In this document: one piece after another, positions 50,934 to 60,255 of the stretch
How positions within the stretch are numbered: position 1 is the first letter of the stretch
Layout: each line of letters starts with the position of its first letter
Virus record (IMG/VR): IMGVR_UViG_3300035498_001325
DNA from: an uncultured virus (IMG/VR IMGVR_UViG_3300035498_001325)
Lineage: Duplodnaviria; Heunggongvirae; Uroviricota; Caudoviricetes
Length of the DNA: 64,000 nt
Strand: one strand, 5' to 3'
The notes under the pieces: generated by a model
The model's database searches: none
What the model saw: the letters and a program-made list of their open reading frames with translations, nothing else
What the model was told of the DNA's origin: nothing
Position numbers and translations under genes: made by a program

Positions 50934-51764
50934 ATGGAAGATTGGTATAAAGTTTATAATGTATCAGAAGAAAGTGGGGCAAGTGCTTCTGATAATCCTT
51001 TGATTACCTGTAATAAAATAAAAAGTTGGATTGATGAAAAGTTTTCAGATATATTGGAATGTGAAGTAACAAATTTACCAACATCTACATCAGAAGGGAC
51101 GGCATCGCAAGCGTGTGTCAATATTTATCCTAAAGGTCTAAATAAAATTTTAGGATTTTTTTATCATCAAAAGATTTATAATTCAAGTTCATCTCCTGCT
51201 TGTTATGTTATAGGATTGAAAACTTCAAGAACAGGTTCTTCTATAAGCATAGGTTCAACAGCCGTAGATAGTGATTTAGCAACTGAAAAATTATCACAAA
51301 TGATAACATCATTAAAGCTTAAAGTTATAAGACTAAAACAATGCTATATCGTTGATTTTTATATGAATGGATATAAGAAAAAATGTAGGCTTATGGTTTC
51401 AGATGTACATGGTGAAAAAGTGGCAACACTTTTTTATAATAGTGCTTTTTATTGTAATTTCGCAAATAGTACAAGTTATAAAAATTATGGTAATTTTTTA
51501 CTTAGTCAATCATTAGAAAAAAAGAATTTATTTAAATTTGTATTTCCTTGGACTGATACTTGGGTTGAAGGCTTTTATGAAACAGATAACATTGTTGACG
51601 ACAATAAGCCTTATGTATTTAACAATAAGACATATATTGATATATGTGGTAATAATGGATATCGAGGATTAGCTATTGAGGCTATCAAAGGAGATAATGA
51701 TTTATTATATGTTAAAGAAACAGAAGAAACAACCGAAGAAACAGTTATAGATAGTGAAGAATAA
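50934..51764 (+). CDS. Hypothetical protein, tandem paralogue of 50094..50930
   Basis: Shared motifs as above. Confidence 0.8.
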   Translation: MEDWYKVYNVSEESGASASDNPLITCNKIKSWIDEKFSDILECEVTNLPTSTSEGTASQACVNIYPKGLNKILGFFYHQKIYNSSSSPACYVIGLKTSRTGSSISIGSTAVDSDLATEKLSQMITSLKLKVIRLKQCYIVDFYMNGYKKKCRLMVSDVHGEKVATLFYNSAFYCNFANSTSYKNYGNFLLSQSLEKKNLFKFVFPWTDTWVEGFYETDNIVDDNKPYVFNNKTYIDICGNNGYRGLAIEAIKGDNDLLYVKETEETTEETVIDSEE

Positions 51765-51887
51765 CCCTATGATAAATGCTCTTATTTTGAATTATAAGGG
51801 CTTTTAAATATTAAATTGAAGAATTATACATTAAATAATTAAATACGCTTAAAATCAAAAATAGAGGGCTTTATAGCCCTCTTATTT

Positions 51888-52334
51888 TTATAATATTTCT
51901 ACATCTTCGTCATCTTCATCAATAGTAGTATTCTGAATTTCATCAGTTTCGTCTAATATATCTTCTAAATTATTATCAATATCCCAATTTGGACCATATA
52001 ATGAAATAATAACTTTAAAATCTTCTAAGTCGTGTTTTCTTAAGTTATCAAAATCATCATCAATGTGCATTAATTCGTGCATAACTAATAAATGTATCTG
52101 AGCAGGTGACATACTGCAACAAACAGGCTCATAAAAAGTAATGATGAATTTTGTGTTAGTCATAAATGTATATGGTGGTCTAACTTTTCTTGTATCAGCA
52201 TACTTCTTAGGAGATTTACTTGTTTCTTTTAAAAACAAAATCTGTTCTATATCAAAGTTGCCAAAATTTTGAGGGAATTTGTTTATAAGTTTTTTTGCTA
52301 CTTCCTTATATTCATTGCCAAGTTCTAAAGCCAT
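51888..52334 (-). CDS. Putative phage metallopeptidase
   Basis: HELMH followed by HDLEDF. Confidence 0.75.
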   Translation of the reverse strand: MALELGNEYKEVAKKLINKFPQNFGNFDIEQILFLKETSKSPKKYADTRKVRPPYTFMTNTKFIITFYEPVCCSMSPAQIHLLVMHELMHIDDDFDNLRKHDLEDFKVIISLYGPNWDIDNNLEDILDETDEIQNTTIDEDDEDVEIL

Positions 52335-52442
52335 ATTATATCCGCTTCCTTTCTTTTTTTATTTTAATATATAACAAATTTTTCTTTTTTTAAATTAAAA
52401 ACCATAACTATTTTTAATATATTTTTTTAGGTGGTGAAATAA

Positions 52443-53684
52443 ATGTACAATACATCAAATTGTTTATTAAAGTACCTTAATACAAAAGGTATTAGTTATT
52501 TTATAGGAAATAAAGTTAGAGATGATATAATACATAGTACAAATAAAAAGAAAAAAAAGTATATTTCAATAAGTATTATTACTGAAATTCCACAAGAAAA
52601 ATTGGAATATATATTTCAGAATAATATTAAAGATATTCAAAATGGTTGTATTAATATTAGATTTGGATTATATGAAATCAAATTATTTTCTTATTCAGAA
52701 CTTTGTAATGAAAAGAATGTTTTAGATAAGGTTAGAGGATTAAAGGATTTTACAATAAATTCTTTAATAATGAATGAAAAAGAAGATATTATAGATTATG
52801 TTTATAGATTTAAAAACATTAAAATTTCTTCTTTAGACGATTTAAATAATAAAATTATTAGAGCGGTAGGAAATCCAAACACTAATTTCAAAGAAAATCC
52901 TATTAGAATATTAAAGGCATTTAGATTAATGTCAACATTAGGATATGAAATTGAAGAACAAACATTATTAGCTATTGATAAATATAAAAGTTTATTATCA
53001 TCAGTAGAAAAATCTCTTATTGTTAAAGAATTTAATAAACTTATAAGAGGTAAAAACATAGCAAAAACTCTTTTACTTATGGCTAAGATGGGTATATTTG
53101 ATATAAAAATAGAAGATAAATATGATTTCTTCCCATTCATTAAAAACACTAAGAGTGTAAAGTTATGTGTTAGATTTAATAATTATAAGAGAATAACTCT
53201 TGTTGAATTATACGCAGCATTATTTTATTATAGACGTGAAAAGAATATTGCGGCTCAATTGCAACCCTTACAAATTCTCTCCGATGAAGATATAAGAAAA
53301 GTTGAATGGTTAGTAGATAATTTTATGTTATTAGCTAATAAGAATGAAAAATTAAGAATTGCTATTTATAATTCAATAGACGGTATAGTAAAAGAGAAGA
53401 AAATCCCTGTATTAAAAGAATTATTACACGATTTAACTAATATATATAAAGCATTGGGAATAAATATAAAAATAAAAGACGTAATGTTTGCATTATGTTC
53501 AAGACCATATTTCTATGAACAATTAGAAATTGATGATGAAACAATAATAAAAACATTTTATAATTTACACCCTAATGAAATAATTGATTTAAATAAAACA
53601 AAAGATAAAATACTTTATAAGTTAATTACATTAGATAAATACCCAACAGAAAATGCTTTAAGTGCTGTAATAGGTGTTATATAA
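52443..53684 (+). CDS. tRNA nucleotidyltransferase (CCA)-like protein with degenerate catalytic motifs
   Basis: IGNKVRD, KDFTINSL, DDL..IIRAVG, ENPIRILKAFR; the DxD position reads YISIS. Confidence 0.75.
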   Translation: MYNTSNCLLKYLNTKGISYFIGNKVRDDIIHSTNKKKKKYISISIITEIPQEKLEYIFQNNIKDIQNGCINIRFGLYEIKLFSYSELCNEKNVLDKVRGLKDFTINSLIMNEKEDIIDYVYRFKNIKISSLDDLNNKIIRAVGNPNTNFKENPIRILKAFRLMSTLGYEIEEQTLLAIDKYKSLLSSVEKSLIVKEFNKLIRGKNIAKTLLLMAKMGIFDIKIEDKYDFFPFIKNTKSVKLCVRFNNYKRITLVELYAALFYYRREKNIAAQLQPLQILSDEDIRKVEWLVDNFMLLANKNEKLRIAIYNSIDGIVKEKKIPVLKELLHDLTNIYKALGINIKIKDVMFALCSRPYFYEQLEIDDETIIKTFYNLHPNEIIDLNKTKDKILYKLITLDKYPTENALSAVIGVI

Positions 53685-53743
53685 TTCAAAAATTATAAAT
53701 CAAAAGAGGAGGCTAAAAAACCTCCTCTTATTTATTAAATCAT

Positions 53744-54103
53744 TTATTTTAAATCATCAATTAATATCGAATTCTTATTTCCTTCTTCATCACTATAAAA
53801 GAAAATATATTCATCATTATAATTGTTAAAACTATCTAACATATCCTCTTTTATTGCTGCTAAGATTTCTTCAAATTCTTCGTCTGTTACAACATAAGCT
53901 TCTCTATTATCGTCATAATTGTAACATTCCCAATCTACATCAAGGTTATTTATACAATCTTCTTCTACCTCAATATATTCCATTTCTTCCTCATCGTCTT
54001 CTTCAACAGTGCTGACTTCCTCATCGCTTTCTAAAAAGTTTTTCTTATTCTTATACTCAAAGTCATACATCATTTTTTCGTCTAAATTATAAATCTTAAT
54101 CAC
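53744..54103 (-). CDS. Very acidic small protein
   Basis: SD aggagg, GTG start; D/E dominated. Confidence 0.7.
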   Translation of the reverse strand: MIKIYNLDEKMMYDFEYKNKKNFLESDEEVSTVEEDDEEEMEYIEVEEDCINNLDVDWECYNYDDNREAYVVTDEEFEEILAAIKEDMLDSFNNYNDEYIFFYSDEEGNKNSILIDDLK

Positions 54104-54121
54104 AGGGTTGTTCCTCCTAAC

Positions 54122-54577
54122 TTACTTTCCGCTTCTCCTTGTATTTTTATAATTCAATTCCTTATCGTAGAAACTATATAAATTCTCCAATTCAGAATGT
54201 ATACCAGGATTCTTTGTTACTACTGAATCTTCATTCAATAATCTTTTAATATAATCTACAATATCTTTAAACATTAATTCAATTAAATTAAATACTTCGT
54301 CATAAGTATAATCTTTATTAGTGTCTATTAACGCATATTTGCTATCTACGACCTCATTTAATGAAACAACGTCTATATCATTACTTAACATCATTTCAGC
54401 TATTAAATCAACGTCATCGCTTAATTTATCATAATACATATTCATTAAACTATGAACTTCGTCAAACTTATCGCTTTTTACTTTCCAATGTAATACTCTT
54501 ATATTATAAAAATAAATATTTAACATTTTAAATAAATTAACTAAATTAACTTCTTCACTTGCGAATAATCTTTTCAT
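54122..54577 (-). CDS. Dps/ferritin-like protein with MKRL tag
   Basis: LHWKV..F..VH..Y..D.IAE ferroxidase pattern. Confidence 0.8.
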   Translation of the reverse strand: MKRLFASEEVNLVNLFKMLNIYFYNIRVLHWKVKSDKFDEVHSLMNMYYDKLSDDVDLIAEMMLSNDIDVVSLNEVVDSKYALIDTNKDYTYDEVFNLIELMFKDIVDYIKRLLNEDSVVTKNPGIHSELENLYSFYDKELNYKNTRRSGK

Positions 54578-54592
54578 ATTTACACCTACCTT

Positions 54593-54754
54593 TTACTTTA
54601 AAAATTGCATTATATAATTTTCAATATAAACCTTGGGTGTATTTTCACCATTATCCCACTTTTGCAAAGTTCTTAACGGTATTTGAGCCATTTCTGCAAG
54701 TTCTAACTGAGTTAAGCCTTTCTTTTGTCTTGCTTTCTTTATTCTTGTCATCAT
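54593..54754 (-). CDS. XRE-family helix-turn-helix protein, 53 aa (not in ORF track)
   Basis: MMTRIKKARQKKGLTQLELAEMAQIPLRTLQKWDNGENTP. Confidence 0.85.
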   Translation of the reverse strand: MMTRIKKARQKKGLTQLELAEMAQIPLRTLQKWDNGENTPKVYIENYIMQFLK

Positions 54755-54844
54755 ATTTAATCACCCTTACCTTTAATATTTATTTTACTTTTATTTTTTA
54801 ATACGTAAATTAAAAATAAATATATATTTTTTTGAAAAAAGTAC

Positions 54845-54873
54845 TTGACAAACAACAGAATAAGTGGTATAAT
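54845..54873 (+). promoter_or_regulatory. Sigma-A type promoter
   Basis: TTGACA-17-TATAAT with TG. Confidence 0.8.
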
Positions 54874-54925
54874 ATAATTACAAAAAACAAAACAACAAAA
54901 CATTTTTAAGAAAGGGGCTATTATT

Positions 54926-55432
54926 ATGGCAATCATTATTTACATCTTTTTAATACTTTTAGGACTTTGGGTTGGAGTTAAATTACTTCAAATATTCCAA
55001 ATCGTAGGACATTGGGTTAATGTAGGAGCAGGAAAAGTACACGCAAGAAAAGACCTTAAAAATCTCGACAAATCACTTAAATCAACATATCAGCAGTTCC
55101 AAGTAGATAACAACTACTTAGTAGGCTTAAATGAAGATATAAGACAGAAAGCAGTAGACAATGCAAGCGTTATTTGTCAAAGAGTAGATTATCAGGATAA
55201 GACAACAGAATTGTTAAGACAGTCATTAAGTTTCTTTAAAACAAGATATCCTCTTGCTGACGAACAGCTCTTGATTGAATATAGCAAACAGTTCTTCTTA
55301 GGTGATGTAGATGAACTTAGAGCACTTGAAAATCAGATTAAAGATAGTCATACAATTTGTGCAAAGGTTATGGCTAAAGGCAACAAACTTGAAAAACTTG
55401 AAGAAGCTTTCTTGTATGACGATAACTACTAA
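54926..55432 (+). CDS. Membrane-anchored hypothetical protein
   Basis: N-terminal hydrophobic helix; own promoter and terminator. Confidence 0.75.
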   Translation: MAIIIYIFLILLGLWVGVKLLQIFQIVGHWVNVGAGKVHARKDLKNLDKSLKSTYQQFQVDNNYLVGLNEDIRQKAVDNASVICQRVDYQDKTTELLRQSLSFFKTRYPLADEQLLIEYSKQFFLGDVDELRALENQIKDSHTICAKVMAKGNKLEKLEEAFLYDDNY

Positions 55433-55458
55433 AAAAATAGGGTGGATTTATTCCACCC

Positions 55459-57117
55459 TTATTTTATATCCTTAATTAATAATTGGATTGTAAATGTACC
55501 TTTTGGAAATTCATTATACTGCACTGAATAAATAATATTTATTTTTCCATTTAATTCATCAAATATATTTACTAATTGAGAAAAACCAATAGCTTTAAAT
55601 TTATTACCTTTTTGAGATAATTCCATTTGTACTACGTTTTTATTTTTACCTACTATTCTCTTACTTATTATTTCAACATCTTCTGTATAGAATAAAGGTT
55701 CTTCATTCTTTTCTCCAAAAGGCTGCAATTGATTTAAGTTATTAAGCATTTTATTAGATATTAAATTAAAGTCTATTTGATTGATTATATCAATAGAATT
55801 TTGTTCTATCTCATTGTTTTTTAAAAAATCTCTATAATCTTCATTACATATTTTCTTTAATTTATCTAAATTACTTGCTTCAACTTTAAGACCACACGCA
55901 CTTTTATGACCGCCACCTTCTATAAAGTCATTTTTTTCTACAATTTGATTTATAGGATAATTATATACAGACCTGCCTGAACCGTGTAAATGTTCTTCAC
56001 CGCATAAACAAAAACAAGGTTTATTATATCTGCCGCTTATTTCTCCTGCAATGATACCAACTATACCTGTAAGATTTTCTTTTATATGTATAACGATAAA
56101 ATCATCATTATCATCTACTACTAAATCATTTATTATATTGCTTTGTATTTCTTTTCTTTTTGTATTAAGATTTATTAAATAGTTTGCTTTTTGTTTGCAT
56201 TTAGCTATATCTTCTTCTAAGAATAAATCCATAACTAAATCAGCACTTTCTAATCTACCTGCTGCATTTATACAAGGAGCTATATAAAAACCTACATCAG
56301 TTGAAGTTATTTTGTGGATATTTAAAGCTCTTATAAGTTCTCTAAGACCTATATTCTTAGCACCTCTACTTAATAAATCTAAGCCTTTTTTTACAATTAG
56401 TCTATTCTCGTCTAATAAAGGCATTACATCTGCTATAGTTGCTATACAGGTTAATTCTGTTATTTCTTCAACTAAGAGAATATCATAAAAAGAAGTCTGT
56501 ATTTTATATTCTTCAAATTCTTTTAATTTATCTAGTAATGCAATAGCTAATTTATAAGCAACAAAACAACCGCAAATATTTTTAAATGGGTAACTATTAT
56601 CAATTTGAGGATTTACTGTTATTTCTGTTGGTAATATGTCATCCTCAAAACTATGGTGGTCAGTTACAATAACGTCTATACCTAATGAATTTGCGTATTT
56701 AACCTGTTCGTGAGCTTTTATACCATTATCTACTGTAATAATCAAGTTAGTGTTCTTATCGTCCGCTACGTCTATTAAATGCTGATTTATACCATATCCA
56801 TCAGTAAATCTATTAGGTATAAGAAAATTGACTGCAACAAATTCTTTTAAGGCTAAATACAATACAGTCGTAGAACAAACGCCATCTACGTCATAATCAC
56901 CTATTATTGTAACTATTTCTTTATTCTGTATAGCCTTTATTATTCTTTCTATTGCTTTATCCATATTAGTAAGCAAATATGGACTATGTTCTTTAATATT
57001 GAAATTTATGAAGTTCAATATATCCTCTTTACTCATTTTCTTATAATCAAGTATATTCTTCATTATATCTTTTAGTGTTTCTGCTTTGTTTAATATATTA
57101 TATTCCATTCCGTTCAC
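55459..57117 (-). CDS. recJ: Single-stranded DNA exonuclease RecJ
   Basis: GDYDVDG, TVDNG, TDHH, TIADV, INAAGRL, GSGRS, GGGH, PFGEKN. Confidence 0.92.
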   Translation of the reverse strand: MNGMEYNILNKAETLKDIMKNILDYKKMSKEDILNFINFNIKEHSPYLLTNMDKAIERIIKAIQNKEIVTIIGDYDVDGVCSTTVLYLALKEFVAVNFLIPNRFTDGYGINQHLIDVADDKNTNLIITVDNGIKAHEQVKYANSLGIDVIVTDHHSFEDDILPTEITVNPQIDNSYPFKNICGCFVAYKLAIALLDKLKEFEEYKIQTSFYDILLVEEITELTCIATIADVMPLLDENRLIVKKGLDLLSRGAKNIGLRELIRALNIHKITSTDVGFYIAPCINAAGRLESADLVMDLFLEEDIAKCKQKANYLINLNTKRKEIQSNIINDLVVDDNDDFIVIHIKENLTGIVGIIAGEISGRYNKPCFCLCGEEHLHGSGRSVYNYPINQIVEKNDFIEGGGHKSACGLKVEASNLDKLKKICNEDYRDFLKNNEIEQNSIDIINQIDFNLISNKMLNNLNQLQPFGEKNEEPLFYTEDVEIISKRIVGKNKNVVQMELSQKGNKFKAIGFSQLVNIFDELNGKINIIYSVQYNEFPKGTFTIQLLIKDIK

Positions 57118-57151
57118 CTCTTCCTCAATATATTATAAAAGCCTGTACTTT

Positions 57152-57300
57152 GTGACATACTCCCCCACCTACGCTACGCTAAGAGGTGGGAGCTTCTGAT
57201 TCAACAGACGTTTCCCACTCAATACATCCAGTGATGTAAGTATCAATGGGCTAACCCCGTGTGTCCCACGGTTCTTTTATACTAAGATAATGCTATTCGC
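57152..57300 (-). ncRNA. Probable TnpB omega/reRNA scaffold
   Basis: GC-richer structured stretch between the tnpB stop and the right end; position inferred from known TnpB systems. Confidence 0.55.
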
Positions 57301-58385
57301 ATACCCTCGTTTTTGATATTTATACTTGCATTTACATCCCTGTCGTGATGTGTTCCACATTGAGGGCAATCCCACGCTCTGATTGACAAATTCTTTGTAT
57401 CGGGGTTTTTATATCCGCAACAAGAACAAGTTTGAGAACTTGCAAAAAACTTGTCTATCTTAATCAGTTGTTTGCCTTGTTCTTCCAACTTGTATTTCAA
57501 AAATGTTGTAAACATTCCCCAACCATTATCCGCTACAGACTTTCCAAAGTTCAACGCTTGTGACATTGCTTTCATATCAAGATTTTCAATACAAACACAA
57601 TCGTAATTTTTAGCTAACTTGTTTGATAACTTATGTAAGAAATCTTTCCTTTGGTTAGTTACCTTTTCAAATAGTCTATCAACTTTTAGACGTTGTTTGT
57701 TACGATTATTACTACCCTTAACACACTTAGATAGTTTTCGTTGTTCTTTTGCAAGTCTTTTCTGTACTTGTCTGTAGTACCTTGGACACTCTGCAAAAGT
57801 GTTATTATTAGCAACGTATAACTCTTTCATTGAGAAATCAAAACCTAGGAAAGTTGTGGGTTCTATTGCTTGTACTTGGCTTTCGTACTCGCATAAGATA
57901 CTTACATAATACTTTCCACTTGGAGTTTGGCTAATCGTTGCGGATTTTATTTTGTAGTCATTTGGAATTTGCCTATGTACCTTGACTTTAACTAAATCCT
58001 TTAGTTTAGGTAATTTTAATAGGTTGTTTTCTAAAGTGATACTGCCTTTTTGATTGTTAGTAGTATAACTTTTTCTATTCTTATGCTTAGATTTGAACTT
58101 AGGAAATCCCACTTTTGGATTGGTGAAAAAACTCTTGAACGCTTTTTGCAAGTTCATCTGAACATTAGAAAGTGCTAAACTATCAACGTCTTTGAGCCAT
58201 TCAAATTCGGTCTTATACTGTGCAGGTGTATTATTTAGAGTTTGCTTATGCTCTTTGTAGTAGTCTATCTTATCTAATAACATCTTATTCCAAATAAACC
58301 TAACACATCCAAAACATTGAGCAAAGAATACTCTCTGTTCATCGTTTGGATATATTCTAAACTTATAGGCTTTATTACGTTTCAT
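57282..58385 (-). CDS. tnpB: RNA-guided endonuclease TnpB (start revised to 58385)
   Basis: AYKFRIYP, LGFDF, CIENL, SQTCSCCG, CPQCG, DRDVNASINI; SD ggagg. Confidence 0.93.
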   Translation of the reverse strand: MKRNKAYKFRIYPNDEQRVFFAQCFGCVRFIWNKMLLDKIDYYKEHKQTLNNTPAQYKTEFEWLKDVDSLALSNVQMNLQKAFKSFFTNPKVGFPKFKSKHKNRKSYTTNNQKGSITLENNLLKLPKLKDLVKVKVHRQIPNDYKIKSATISQTPSGKYYVSILCEYESQVQAIEPTTFLGFDFSMKELYVANNNTFAECPRYYRQVQKRLAKEQRKLSKCVKGSNNRNKQRLKVDRLFEKVTNQRKDFLHKLSNKLAKNYDCVCIENLDMKAMSQALNFGKSVADNGWGMFTTFLKYKLEEQGKQLIKIDKFFASSQTCSCCGYKNPDTKNLSIRAWDCPQCGTHHDRDVNASINIKNEGMRIALS

Positions 58386-58519
58386 TTTTTCTCCTCCAAT
58401 CCTAAAATTTATGATATTATTATAATACTTTACACTTAATTTGTCAATAGTGAAACGCAATTCTTCCCCCACTTTAGAAGTGGGGGAATTCTTGCTGAAA
58501 TTAGTTAAATAAATTTTTC

Positions 58520-58548
58520 TTGACAAATAATAAAATAAGTAATATAAT
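58520..58548 (+). promoter_or_regulatory. Sigma-A type promoter
   Basis: TTGACA-17-TATAAT. Confidence 0.75.
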
Positions 58549-58568
58549 AAGTATGAGGTGATAAATAT

Positions 58569-58640
58569 ATGAGTATTAATTTAATACCATTTATAGTTTT
58601 CATGGGGAGCGTTGTAATGTCTGTCAAAATATTCTTTTAA
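58569..58640 (+). CDS. 23-aa hydrophobic peptide
   Basis: MSINLIPFIVFMGSVVMSVKIFF, with its own promoter, SD gaggtg and terminator at 58641-58668. Confidence 0.55.
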   Translation: MSINLIPFIVFMGSVVMSVKIFF

Positions 58641-58672
58641 AAAGGGAGATAAATAATTATCTCCCTTTAACA

Positions 58673-59497
58673 TTAACTTTCTTTAATTGTATTAAACATT
58701 TCTTTTAAATCATTATTTATAATATGTTTTATCTTTGAATTAAAGGATTTATAATAATAATTATTACTTAAATCAAAAACCATAGAGAATAACAAATCAC
58801 AACTATATGAGAAATTATTCTTTAATTCAGGCACTTTATCTTTTAAATTAAATTGTTTAATACTGAAATTATCAAACTCAACATACCCAAAATTTTGTAA
58901 GATATATTCCAAGTTTTTATTTATATCTTTCTTATTTCTCAAACTCTTTTTGTCAAAAGTACTTGTATCGTTTACACAAGTTTTTAATATAATATTAAAT
59001 TCTTTAATTTTACATAATTGCTTAAAAGTAAAGTTGTGTGACATAACCTCACAAAACATATAATCTTTATCTGTTAATGCTTTAATAAGAGTTGTATCTA
59101 TTTTATATACTTCTATATGTACTTCGTTTATGTTCTTATTCTTTATTAAAAACTCAATATTTTCAATTTTATCTAAATCTTCTTGATGAATATGTATCTT
59201 AATATAACAGTTCTTTTTATTTAATAATCCTAAAAGCTCGTCTAACTGAGGATGGTTAAATAATTTTAATCCATATATATTTATTTCAGAGAAAAGCAAA
59301 ATTTCCTTTATAAACTCATATTTAGTTATATCTGCATATTCCACATAACCATAAGGATTATAACTACTAATAACAATATTATATATTTCAGGAAATTCAG
59401 GCTTATAGAAATCATCTTTTGTTTCTCTTACACGGTAATTATTCTCAAATACCTTTATAACATAGTTCCCGTTTTTGCATTTATGTCTATATTCCAT
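58673..59497 (-). CDS. Radical-SAM-like protein lacking CxxxCxxC
   Basis: KNGNY..RET-DD..PEFPE N-terminus recalls phage radical SAM proteins; Cys motif absent. Confidence 0.45.
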   Translation of the reverse strand: MEYRHKCKNGNYVIKVFENNYRVRETKDDFYKPEFPEIYNIVISSYNPYGYVEYADITKYEFIKEILLFSEINIYGLKLFNHPQLDELLGLLNKKNCYIKIHIHQEDLDKIENIEFLIKNKNINEVHIEVYKIDTTLIKALTDKDYMFCEVMSHNFTFKQLCKIKEFNIILKTCVNDTSTFDKKSLRNKKDINKNLEYILQNFGYVEFDNFSIKQFNLKDKVPELKNNFSYSCDLLFSMVFDLSNNYYYKSFNSKIKHIINNDLKEMFNTIKES

Positions 59498-59517
59498 TCT
59501 TCACCATTCCTTTTTTG

Positions 59518-60012
59518 CTATTTCATAACTTTCCACTTCAAATGGTAAAGAAAACTCGTCAGAGGTAAAGTATTGTTTATTGACTTTTGGAATTTCTTTA
59601 TTCTTCTATGAACACTTCTTTCAGTAATATCAAAATGTTTAGCAGTTAAGTATAATATATCACTTGTTTTGCAATTTGGTATATTATTTATCAAGTTCAT
59701 TACATAAACAATAGTTATATTTTTAGATTTATACTTATTAAATAATTTATTTACCATCAATTCATCATTAAAAGAATAAGTATTATTATCTACTTTTTTT
59801 GTAAATCTCTCAATCTTATTATCTTGTATGTTTTTTAATATAAGACTACTTGTTTTTTTAACAGATAAATCAGAATATCTATTAAATATTTCACGGGTAT
59901 AAGTATTAGGACTTTTTTGTTCCTTTTGATAATTAAAAACATAGTTAATTACAGCTTTTTCATTGATACCAATTTCTTTGCAATATTCCTCAATAGTTGC
60001 ATAAGATGTCAT
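59518..60012 (-). CDS. Putative helix-turn-helix DNA-binding protein
   Basis: TAKHFDITERSVHRRI and an N-terminal IEEYCKEIGI..AV. Confidence 0.55.
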   Translation of the reverse strand: MTSYATIEEYCKEIGINEKAVINYVFNYQKEQKSPNTYTREIFNRYSDLSVKKTSSLILKNIQDNKIERFTKKVDNNTYSFNDELMVNKLFNKYKSKNITIVYVMNLINNIPNCKTSDILYLTAKHFDITERSVHRRIKKFQKSINNTLPLTSFLYHLKWKVMK

Positions 60013-60255
60013 ATTTTTACCTCCCTTAAAAATTACTTATATACAACAAGTTCTTTATAGGATGATTATAACATAAATTGGTAATTAAGTCAATACCAGT
60101 ATAAAAATATTTTTAAAAATCATAAACATTTCATTTGTACTGTTAAGTATAATCTTATTTATTTTTCTATATAATATATTTTTTTATCAGTACAAAAGAA
60201 TATATTTAGTAAAAATCAAGTAGGTTATTTATAGTATTTTTAGGAGTGTGATATT

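Larger units (their letters stand above)
57152..58505 (-). mobile_element. IS200/IS605-family (IS1341-type, tnpB-only) element; left end approximate
   Basis: Subterminal hairpins at about 58466-58487 and 57160-57193; right end TCAC at 57155-57152; no tnpA. Confidence 0.8.

Noticed and set aside
39764..51764. Diversity-generating retroelement acting on the duplicated structural genes
   Set aside because: No reverse transcriptase in the window, and the paralogues differ at all bases rather than only at adenines.
58386..58526. 47-aa N-terminal extension of TnpB
   Set aside because: It runs through the element's left-end hairpin and promoter; the SD supports the ATG at 58385.
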